From the NCBI RefSeq assembly GCF_000011805.1, contig NC_006840.2: a stretch of DNA of 32,000 nt. One strand, given 5' to 3'. This document shows, piece after piece, positions 1 to 7,971 of this stretch. Origin of the DNA: Aliivibrio fischeri ES114 (lineage in GTDB: Bacteria; Pseudomonadota; Gammaproteobacteria; Enterobacterales; Vibrionaceae). The position numbers were made by a program, and so were the translations under genes. Within the stretch, counting starts at the first letter, position 1; every line of letters begins with the position of its first letter. The notes below the pieces were generated by a model. It searched no databases, had not been told where the DNA came from, and saw nothing but the letters and a program-made list of their open reading frames with translations.

Positions 1-2
1 CC

Positions 3-104
3 ATTATCAAACAGCTTGAAGCTCACGGAATGGTTGCTTTAGGTGAACATCAGGCAATTACACCTGATGTATCACGTAAAATTCTTGAAGACGCTGTAAA
101 ATAA
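3..104 (+). CDS. C-terminal end of a CDS cut by the window edge (...IIKQLEAHGMVALGEHQAITPDVSRKILEDAVK*), function not assignable
   Basis: Open frame from base 3 to TAA at 102-104, followed directly by a strong hairpin at 113-147. Confidence 0.6.
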   Translation: MIKQLEAHGMVALGEHQAITPDVSRKILEDAVK

Positions 105-112
105 CCGTCTAA

Positions 113-147
113 ATACTGACTCAGAATAATGTGTTCTGAGTCAGTAT
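113..147. terminator. Perfect 14-bp inverted repeat ATACTGACTCAGAA/TTCTGAGTCAGTAT with 7-nt loop, likely terminator between convergent genes
   Basis: Sequence symmetry; sits 8 nt after the upstream stop and 16 nt from the stop of the convergent CDS; short T tract (gatttt) on + side. Confidence 0.7.
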
Positions 148-163
148 GATTTTACAAACTAGC

Positions 164-1468
164 TTATTGTTGTTTAAAGAAATCAAAGCCTGTTAAATGC
201 TCAGCGAGTGCAGGCTCAGTTAGAATTTTATCCTGATCAACATCGTATGTAATGAATCGAATGCCATCTGATTGATAATCATCATATTGTTCTCCATCTG
301 GTCTCAACAAAATAAGAATCTTACCGTTTTCAAAATAATTTGAAGCCGCCGTAATGTCCCCTGCATAAGCTTCTAACGCTTTTTTTCCCGTATCTTCCCA
401 CGTATCAGTTAATAAAATATGCCCATTTTCTGTCACAACCATACCAATATTGTCATCACTAGGATGATGGAACGCTGCAACAAACTTTTGATCTATATTT
501 TTAAAAGTAACATCTGAAGAATATGGCGTTACAATAATCTCTTTATCTTGCTTTAAGTTATAAGTAAAAAAATGCATTTTATCTTGAGACTCAGAATAAT
601 AGCCCGCTGAAATAAAGTTTGCATCCTCACCCAACTCTGGATAGTAATCAGAAATATTACGAGGGCCGCTTAATAAACCATTTTCATCGGCGGTAATAAA
701 GGTATCACCAGTGAGCTTCCCATAACCACTGCCTTCGTTATCATGCCACCCTGCCCCATTTACTGTTCTTGAAATACTTTCAGCTATATATCCCGGATCA
801 GGCAAATCTTTATATTTACTTAATGGGTACCATTTTGGTACAACCGTTCCCCAGTCAAAAGCTTGTGCAAAATTAACATTCTCATCTTTTGGTACGATGG
901 AATTAAATAAATTACCAGCAAACCAAGCACAGTTACCATATAGCGTATATTTACCTCCATTCCAATCTTTCCCTATACCTAAAAATAACTTAGCGATCTC
1001 TTTACTCTCAACATATAACGCCTCTTCTTTGTCCGCTATATCCTGCTTTATTTGTTGGTAGTTTTTATCTTCAATATGAACGCATTTTTGAAAACTAAAT
1101 TCTCGACTGGCTTGGTTGCCATCGCTACCAAATCCATATCCATCAAACTGAACTTTTCCTTCATTATCTTTATAAAAAAGATCCACCCATGTATGTCCAA
1201 CAGCTCCAGAATCAGCCCATTGAACCATTCTTTCTAATAATTGAACGATATTGTCATCAGGGTAATCGTGTTGAAATTGTTGATAAGTTTCTAATAGGGG
1301 AATTCGATTAGCTTTTCGATTTATTCGAATACACACTTGAGGGTAACCAATATTAGGATCTCCCTCTAAAGCAACACGGTGCCCATTTCGATATTCATCG
1401 GCAGTGGCAACATTAGAAAAAAGAGCAAGGGAAAGCATAGTTGATGCTGTAATAATGGTTCGATTCAT
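164..1468 (-). CDS. Secreted protein of unknown function; possible permuted papain-like/NlpC-P60-like cysteine enzyme fold
   Basis: 434-aa ORF, N-terminal signal peptide (MNRTIITASTMLSLALFSNVATA|DEY), GHTWVDL and YGNCAWFAGNLF motifs. Confidence 0.75.
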   Translation of the reverse strand: MNRTIITASTMLSLALFSNVATADEYRNGHRVALEGDPNIGYPQVCIRINRKANRIPLLETYQQFQHDYPDDNIVQLLERMVQWADSGAVGHTWVDLFYKDNEGKVQFDGYGFGSDGNQASREFSFQKCVHIEDKNYQQIKQDIADKEEALYVESKEIAKLFLGIGKDWNGGKYTLYGNCAWFAGNLFNSIVPKDENVNFAQAFDWGTVVPKWYPLSKYKDLPDPGYIAESISRTVNGAGWHDNEGSGYGKLTGDTFITADENGLLSGPRNISDYYPELGEDANFISAGYYSESQDKMHFFTYNLKQDKEIIVTPYSSDVTFKNIDQKFVAAFHHPSDDNIGMVVTENGHILLTDTWEDTGKKALEAYAGDITAASNYFENGKILILLRPDGEQYDDYQSDGIRFITYDVDQDKILTEPALAEHLTGFDFFKQQ

Positions 1469-1590
1469 AATTAATCCTTAATATTATTAAGTCGCATCAT
1501 TAGCCTATTTAATTATTTTTCGAAGGTCATAGAGATAATATTCAAAATGCACATAATTAAGCATTTATACCAATTTGATTAATTTTAAAT

Positions 1591-1626
1591 AAAAAAAACC
1601 GCACCAATTAAATTGGTACGGTTTAT
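1591..1626 (-). terminator. Rho-independent terminator downstream of the DMT transporter gene
   Basis: AAACCG(c)ACCAAT-taa-ATTGGT(a)CGGTTT hairpin followed on the minus strand by a T8 tract. Confidence 0.75.
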
Positions 1627-1646
1627 TTTAATTCTATCAATAAAGA

Positions 1647-2528
1647 TTATTTCTTCTTGCGTTCCCATTGTGTAATAAACGCAACAGAAGCAATAATAAT
1701 AGCAGCACCTAACCATAAACGACCAGGTGGAACCCATCCAAATACCATCCAGCCTGCTAACACATTTAATGGCAATTTTGCATGATCAAAAGGCTGAACA
1801 AATGAAGCATCAGCAACTGAATACGCTTTTACAATTGCCCATTGCGCTAATGCTGTCATTACACCAGCACAAAACAGCAATAACCACACATTCATACCAC
1901 TTGGGGTTTGCCATTCAGGTAGCGCTAATAAAATATTAAATGGCGTAATCAGAACCAATAAATACACAACCATGGTCGATGGTGAATCGTTTGACGACAT
2001 TTTCTTCACCATTAACGAATAACAAGCCCAAAAGAAAGCCGCACCAACAGGCAATAATGTTGCCCATGTAAAGCTATCAGACCATGGCTCTAGAATGATC
2101 ATTGCACCAACAAAACCAGCTAAAGTCGCAAACCAACGAGCCGCTCCTACTTTCTCTTTTAAAAATAGACCAGAACCTATGGTTGCAAATAATGGAGACG
2201 TCATCAAAAGAGCGATACCTTGCCAAATAGGAACAGGATAAGCGAGGGCCCACAGCCATAACTGAATACCGATAACTGATAAGAATACACGCAGAGCATG
2301 CATACCAAAATGTTCAGTTCGAAGTGAATTACGAAGACCCAATGTTCGTAGGTAAGGTAAAATAACAACCAAAGCAATAGCGTATTGAACCAAAGCAACC
2401 ATGGTCGATGGAAGACCAAAATTCATACTTACATATTGAGCAATACTGTTTACTATCGCAAAAGCAAGTCCTGCGGTAAGCATCCAAGAAGCGCCTTGAA
2501 CCGGTTGATGTTGAGACATAAAGGGCAA
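1647..2528 (-). CDS. EamA/DMT-family inner membrane transporter
   Basis: 293-aa ORF with about 10 hydrophobic segments, EamA-like repeats; actual start may be the internal ATG (MSQHQP) at 2519. Confidence 0.85.
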   Translation of the reverse strand: MPFMSQHQPVQGASWMLTAGLAFAIVNSIAQYVSMNFGLPSTMVALVQYAIALVVILPYLRTLGLRNSLRTEHFGMHALRVFLSVIGIQLWLWALAYPVPIWQGIALLMTSPLFATIGSGLFLKEKVGAARWFATLAGFVGAMIILEPWSDSFTWATLLPVGAAFFWACYSLMVKKMSSNDSPSTMVVYLLVLITPFNILLALPEWQTPSGMNVWLLLFCAGVMTALAQWAIVKAYSVADASFVQPFDHAKLPLNVLAGWMVFGWVPPGRLWLGAAIIIASVAFITQWERKKK

Positions 2529-2534
2529 TTCACA

Positions 2535-2570
2535 TTAAAAAAGGGAAGCAGATCATACGACTGTTCCCTT
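2535..2570 (-). terminator. Rho-independent terminator downstream of the aldehyde dehydrogenase gene
   Basis: Minus strand AAGGGAACAG...CTG(c)TTCCCTTTTTT hairpin with T tract. Confidence 0.7.
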
Positions 2571-2613
2571 CATTTGCCAACTGCTAAACCACAACAAAAG
2601 CTGACTAACTGGC

Positions 2614-4011
2614 CTATTTCATAAATTTTAAGCCTAATACTTTAAGCATCGACTTTTTATGCTTCAATAATAACCGTGCTCTTGGCAACCAAGTTGGCGT
2701 TGATAATACGGTTTTAGCATGTGAAAACGTAATAAAACCTTCTATGCCATGATAGCTTCCCATACCAGAATCACCGATTCCACCAAATGGGGCGTCATCA
2801 GCAGCAACATGCATCATAGTATCGTTGATTGCCACACCACCACTGTGTGTATTTTCAATAATTTGTTTAATTAACAGCTTATCGGAAGACATCACATACA
2901 GAGCTAATGGTCTCGGTCTCTTCTTAATATAATCAAATGCTTCTTCAATGGCCTCATAGCCAATGATGGGTAAAATTGGTCCAAATATCTCTTCTTGCAT
3001 CACTAGCATATCGTCATTCACGTCAGTAAGCAGGTGTGGCAAAAACGAACGTCCTTCGGATTGAACATCACACTCTATCGAAGTGAGCGTCGCTCCTTTT
3101 TCTTTAGCATCCGTAAAATACGATTCTAAACGTTCATACTGAGCTTGATTAATAATATGGCTGTATTCTCGTTTTCCTTTTTTTTCAGGGAACACCTGTG
3201 AAAATCGACGAACATACAAAGAGATAAACTTTTCGACCTTATTTTTAGGAATGAAGACATAATCAGGTGCTACGCATATTTGCCCTGCATTCATTGATTT
3301 TCCGAGCATAATGGCATCAACCGACGATGTTAAATCCGCATCATCAGCGATAATAACAGGTGATTTCCCGCCAAGTTCAAGCGTAATAGGCGTAAGATTT
3401 TTTGCTGCTGCACTTGCTACCAGTTTCCCCACTTGAGTTGAGCCCGTAAATAATAAGTGATTAAAAGGTAACTGAGAAAATTCAGCAGCCACATCAGCGG
3501 CGCCTTCAATGATGCATACATGCTCAGATAAATCGGAAAAGACTCGACGGAGTACTTGATTGGTTTCTAGCGTATATTCACTCAATTTCACCATCACTCT
3601 ATTACCTGCTGCGATAGCTGTAACAATTGGCGCTATACTTAAATAGATTGGAAAATTCCAAGGAACAATAACGCCTATCACGCCTAAAGGTTGGTAAACG
3701 ACTTGTAATCTTGATGGAGAAAGCAATAAACCAGCACTTCGTTTTTGGGGTTTTAACCACTTTGATAAACGTTTGGTCGTGTAATTAATATGCTGAATTG
3801 ACGGCATTAAATCACAAATAGTGGAGTCAAAATGACTTCGATATCCATAATCTTTTTCTAATGCGCTCGTTATATTTTCTTTTTCAGATAATAAAGCCTG
3901 TTTTAATTGGCCAAGCAGCAACAATCGCTCATCTTTTGATGAATTCGGCGATGCTTGATACGCGTGTTTAAGCTGTTCAAATTGATCTAGCAAATTAGCA
4001 ACACTACTCAT
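2614..4011 (-). CDS. Aldehyde dehydrogenase, coniferyl-aldehyde-dehydrogenase-like
   Basis: LELGGKSPVIIADDADL and NAGQICVAPDYVF ALDH motifs; upstream extension to 4068 in the ORF track is probably not translated, MSSVANLLDQ start preferred. Confidence 0.85.
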   Translation of the reverse strand: MSSVANLLDQFEQLKHAYQASPNSSKDERLLLLGQLKQALLSEKENITSALEKDYGYRSHFDSTICDLMPSIQHINYTTKRLSKWLKPQKRSAGLLLSPSRLQVVYQPLGVIGVIVPWNFPIYLSIAPIVTAIAAGNRVMVKLSEYTLETNQVLRRVFSDLSEHVCIIEGAADVAAEFSQLPFNHLLFTGSTQVGKLVASAAAKNLTPITLELGGKSPVIIADDADLTSSVDAIMLGKSMNAGQICVAPDYVFIPKNKVEKFISLYVRRFSQVFPEKKGKREYSHIINQAQYERLESYFTDAKEKGATLTSIECDVQSEGRSFLPHLLTDVNDDMLVMQEEIFGPILPIIGYEAIEEAFDYIKKRPRPLALYVMSSDKLLIKQIIENTHSGGVAINDTMMHVAADDAPFGGIGDSGMGSYHGIEGFITFSHAKTVLSTPTWLPRARLLLKHKKSMLKVLGLKFMK

Positions 4012-4247
4012 ATTGTTATTCCATTCAACAAAGTGGTTTTCATTATAACAATCCGTATACATGAACAAAATAATACAAATATAACTGTGTGTTCTTGCTC
4101 TATATTCTCTTATATATAAGTGAATTAATTCAGTAATATCTGCATAAATAATGTCGAGTTAATATCTAGAATTGCTATAAACCATTGATCTTTTTGTAGC
4201 AAGCCTGTAATGATATAGAGGTAGAAATAACTTCGAGAACAATAATA

Positions 4248-5594
4248 ATGAATAAAACGAATGAAATTACTCTATCCCCTCACTGGGAAGATCGTATAAG
4301 CAACGAACAAAAGTTACGTCGTAATGATCAGCGCAGCGTTTTTCAACGAGATCGTGCTCGTATTCTTCACTCTGCCGCTTTTCGCCGCCTTCAAGCTAAA
4401 ACTCAAGTGCACGGCCCAGGTAGTGCCAATGACTTTTATCGCACTCGATTAACCCATTCTCTTGAGGTCTCTCAAATAGGTACAGGGGTTGTCGCACAGT
4501 TAAAGCTTAGACAGCCTGAGTTTCGTGCCCTTTTAACCTCAACTAGCTTAATGGAAAGCATTTGTTTGGCTCATGATATTGGCCACCCACCTTTTGGTCA
4601 TGGTGGCGAAATCGCTCTAAATTATATGATGCGTGATCATGGTGGTTTTGAAGGTAATGGGCAAACTCTACGAATTTTAAGCAAGTTAGAACCCTATACT
4701 GAGCATTTCGGTATGAACTTAGCCAGAAGAACCTTGTTAGGGGTTTTAAAATACCCTGCATTTCTTGATCAAGTTCATTCAACAGAACGCCCACAAGAAG
4801 TAACTAATGTTCGTCATTTAAAATCCATAGATTGGCATCCACCCAAAGGGGTTTATCGTGATGATGCTGATATTTTAAATTGGATTTTAAAACCGCTATC
4901 GGACGTCGATAAAGCGCTATTTTCTACTTTCCGTTTTCAACAAGACAGTCAAAATACGCACCGTAAAACTCGCTTTAAATCTATAGATTGTTCCATCATG
5001 GAACTCGCTGATGATATTGCTTATGGCGTTCATGACCTAGAAGATGCCATTGTGATGGGAATTGTTACTCGTAATCAGTGGCAAGAATCAGTAGCGAGTA
5101 AATTAGCAGAATGTGGTGATGAGTGGTTTGAAGCAAATATTGAAACCATCAGCGATAAACTATTTTCAGGCTTACAGTATCAACGTAAAGACGGCATCGG
5201 CAGTATCGTAAATGCGCTATTAACATCGATTACCATTAAACCGACCACCTTTAATGATGAAGCAGAGTTTGAATCTGAATTGCTGCGTTGGAATGCTTTT
5301 TTAAGTCCTTCTATGAGTTATGCCTTAGAAGTATTGAAGAAGTTTGTTGGTCAATTCGTAATTCACAACTCTGAAATGCAGCGTATTGAATATAAAGGCC
5401 AACAAATAGTCATGGAGATATTTGATGCTCTCAATTCAGATCCTGAACGCTTGTTACCAGAAAACGACAAAAGAGAATGGAGAGAAGCGAAAGAATCTGG
5501 TGCTAATGCACACCGTGTAATTGCTGATTATATCGCTGGTATGACCGATGGCTATGCTCAGCGTTTATATAATCAACTCTTTGTTCCGATTTAA
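4248..5594 (+). CDS. dgt: Deoxyguanosinetriphosphate triphosphohydrolase-like HD-domain protein
   Basis: 448 aa, R-R-L-Q-x-K-T-Q-V and [16 protein letters not shown] motifs typical of dGTPase family. Confidence 0.88.
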   Translation: MNKTNEITLSPHWEDRISNEQKLRRNDQRSVFQRDRARILHSAAFRRLQAKTQVHGPGSANDFYRTRLTHSLEVSQIGTGVVAQLKLRQPEFRALLTSTSLMESICLAHDIGHPPFGHGGEIALNYMMRDHGGFEGNGQTLRILSKLEPYTEHFGMNLARRTLLGVLKYPAFLDQVHSTERPQEVTNVRHLKSIDWHPPKGVYRDDADILNWILKPLSDVDKALFSTFRFQQDSQNTHRKTRFKSIDCSIMELADDIAYGVHDLEDAIVMGIVTRNQWQESVASKLAECGDEWFEANIETISDKLFSGLQYQRKDGIGSIVNALLTSITIKPTTFNDEAEFESELLRWNAFLSPSMSYALEVLKKFVGQFVIHNSEMQRIEYKGQQIVMEIFDALNSDPERLLPENDKREWREAKESGANAHRVIADYIAGMTDGYAQRLYNQLFVPI

Positions 5595-5600
5595 GAATCA

Positions 5601-5646
5601 ATACCAATTCAAATAAGTATTAATATTTACTTACTTGGATTGGTAT
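5601..5646. repeat. Imperfect palindrome ATACCAAT...ATTGGTAT (TATACCAAT-type dispersed element)
   Basis: 8-bp perfect terminal arms, inner AAGTA/TACTT complementarity; similar motifs at 1567 and 26044. Confidence 0.6.
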
Positions 5647-5654
5647 ATTACAAG

Positions 5655-6278
5655 CTATGAACGGTAGTTCTTCTCAAATACACCTTCTGGCATTTGGCTA
5701 ATATGAAACTCAATCATGTTATCAAATGCCGTTAAAATCGAATCAAATTTTTCAACATTATTTGACGCCACACAATCATTATCTAGCTGAGTTAAAATGT
5801 GGTATCCCGCTTCCGCTGTTGATAATGCATTGTCTTTTGGCGCTTTACGAACTCGATAATTACCAGATAAATCGGTGTTTAAATGCACCTTAGGTAAGGA
5901 ATGCAAATTGGTGGATAACTGCCACATTTTATATGCTTTTTTCCACGTACCATCTAATAGAATAACGCGTTGTTTCTTTTGAAGAAGAGCTTTATCTGTA
6001 CCAATAGCTTTGCTTTCATTATCTAAAAACAACACTTGATGATGATAGCTATCGTCAGCTAATAATTGGTTTAACTCAGAATGTTCTGAAAAATTCTCAC
6101 CGATAAAAGTACGACAATTCACCAAACTTAAAGATAAAATTTTCGCTGTTCCTAATGGGCGCTTAGCTTCTGTTGGATGCTGTAGTATGATTAATTCAAT
6201 ATCCGTGGTAATGGGTGTGATCCACTCACATATACAGGCTTTTTTTGTTTTTAAACATTGAAGACAAAATCGAATCAC
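5655..6278 (-). CDS. DTW-domain protein, putative tRNA-uridine aminocarboxypropyltransferase
   Basis: N-terminal FCLQCLKTKKACIC cysteine cluster, VILLDGTWKKAYKM (DTW motif), LNTDLSGNYRVRKAPKDNALSTAEA; GTG start. Confidence 0.85.
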   Translation of the reverse strand: MIRFCLQCLKTKKACICEWITPITTDIELIILQHPTEAKRPLGTAKILSLSLVNCRTFIGENFSEHSELNQLLADDSYHHQVLFLDNESKAIGTDKALLQKKQRVILLDGTWKKAYKMWQLSTNLHSLPKVHLNTDLSGNYRVRKAPKDNALSTAEAGYHILTQLDNDCVASNNVEKFDSILTAFDNMIEFHISQMPEGVFEKNYRS

Positions 6279-6291
6279 AAGGAACCTTTAC

Positions 6292-6855
6292 TTGTTTAAA
6301 TTATTACTTCCCATTCTGATTGGGCTTGGTATTGCTCAATTTAGTATGGTATCGGATATATTGGTATGGGATCGCTATCTGATAGAACATGGCGAGCTTT
6401 GGCGTATCGTAACAGGGAACTTTACCCATACGAATCTAGCACATTTAATAATGAATGCTGCTGCACTCGTCCTTTTTAGTTATATTTTTAAAGAGTTACT
6501 TACCCTTAAAAAATTATCGATTTTACTGTTTTCTATCAGTTTACTAACTGGACTAGCACTACTCTTTACGCCAATACAAGCTTATGTTGGACTCTCAGGC
6601 GTATTACACGGGCTGTTTGTTTGGGCTGCCATCGAAGACATAAAAAATAAACGCCAAACAGGATGGTTATTGCTGCTAGGTGTAATTACTAAAATCAGTT
6701 GGGAGCACTATTTTGGAGCCAGTGCATCGACCATCTCATTAATAAATGCAAAAGTAGCGACAGAGGCACATTTATTTGGAGCAATCGCAGGCGGACTACT
6801 CCAAATTCCAACTCTATTTCTCAAAACTAATAAAGCTTCTGACGGCCTAAAATAG
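6292..6855 (+). CDS. rrtA: Rhomboid-family intramembrane protease, rhombosortase-like
   Basis: 187 aa, [27 protein letters not shown] (GxSG...H), [14 protein letters not shown]-type C-terminal His region ([14 protein letters not shown]); TTG start. Confidence 0.8.
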   Translation: MFKLLLPILIGLGIAQFSMVSDILVWDRYLIEHGELWRIVTGNFTHTNLAHLIMNAAALVLFSYIFKELLTLKKLSILLFSISLLTGLALLFTPIQAYVGLSGVLHGLFVWAAIEDIKNKRQTGWLLLLGVITKISWEHYFGASASTISLINAKVATEAHLFGAIAGGLLQIPTLFLKTNKASDGLK

Positions 6856-7429
6856 AGTGAGATAACGTTGTACCATCAACTAATTCTAATTCACCGCCCA
6901 TTGGAACACCATGTGCTATTCGACTAGCTGGTACTTGGTGCTCTTGGCAAAGCTCAGCAATATAGTGTGCCGTTGCTTCACCCTCAACAGTTGGGTTAGT
7001 TGCAAGAATAACTTCTTTAATATCACCACGATTCAAACGATGATCTAATAAATCTAAACCAATATCGCTTGGACCAATACCATCCAGTGGCGATAAATGT
7101 CCCATTAGTACAAAGTAACGCCCAGAAAACTGCCCTGTTGCTTCTACCGCAACAATATCTGCAGGACTTTCAACAATACACATTTCACCACTTGCTTGAC
7201 GCTTTGGATTCAAACAAATAGCGCAGGTATCTTCCTCAGTAAATGTTCGACATTCCGAGCAATGACCAATCTCTGACATCGCTTGAGAAAGAGCATCAGC
7301 TAGCTGCATTCCCCCTTGGCGATTACGTTGAAGCAAGTGAAAAGCCATTCGCTGAGCTGATTTTGGGCCAACGCCTGGTAGACATCGTAATGATTCCATT
7401 AATTGTTCTAGTAAACCACTGGTTCGCAT
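6827..7429 (-). CDS. recR: Recombination mediator protein RecR
   Basis: 200 aa, [17 protein letters not shown], Toprim region, [20 protein letters not shown]. Confidence 0.97.
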   Translation of the reverse strand: MRTSGLLEQLMESLRCLPGVGPKSAQRMAFHLLQRNRQGGMQLADALSQAMSEIGHCSECRTFTEEDTCAICLNPKRQASGEMCIVESPADIVAVEATGQFSGRYFVLMGHLSPLDGIGPSDIGLDLLDHRLNRGDIKEVILATNPTVEGEATAHYIAELCQEHQVPASRIAHGVPMGGELELVDGTTLSHSILGRQKLY

Positions 7430-7449
7430 AGTTTCTTATATTCCTAAAA

Positions 7450-7475
7450 AGAAAAAGGCAGCCACTGAGCCGCCT
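7450..7475 (-). terminator. Rho-independent terminator downstream of ybaB
   Basis: Minus strand AGGCGGC-tcagtg-GCTGCCT followed by TTTTTC. Confidence 0.7.
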
Positions 7476-7530
7476 AATTATTCCAAGACTAATAATGCGT
7501 TATTAATCTCAGCTTTATCATAAAGATAAA

Positions 7531-7866
7531 TTAGAATGGCATTTTAAAGCCCGGTGGCATTTGCATTCCACCAGTTACACTTGCCATTTTTTCTTTTTGT
7601 GTTTCTTCAATACGACGAGATGCATCATTGAACGCAGCTGCGATCAAATCTTCTAGCATTTCTTTTTCGTCTTCTTCCATTAGGCTTGGATCGATTTCAA
7701 CACGACGAACACTATGAGAACCAGTGATAGTTACTTTAACCAGACCAGCACCTGACTCACCAGTTACTTCCATGTTTGCGATTTCTTCTTGCATCTTCTG
7801 CATGCGATCTTGCATTTGCTGGGCTTGCTTCATCAAGTTGCCCATGCCGCCTTTACCACCGAACAT
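7531..7866 (-). CDS. ybaB: Nucleoid-associated protein YbaB/EbfC family
   Basis: 111 aa, [47 protein letters not shown]. Confidence 0.96.
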   Translation of the reverse strand: MFGGKGGMGNLMKQAQQMQDRMQKMQEEIANMEVTGESGAGLVKVTITGSHSVRRVEIDPSLMEEDEKEMLEDLIAAAFNDASRRIEETQKEKMASVTGGMQMPPGFKMPF

Positions 7867-7971
7867 AATTATTCTCTCTTAAGTTTACTTCTTTGTTACT
7901 AAAAAAATGGGGGTTAAATTTTTGTTTTCAACCCACTCTAAATTTTAAATTAGATTGTATGAACGCTTATG

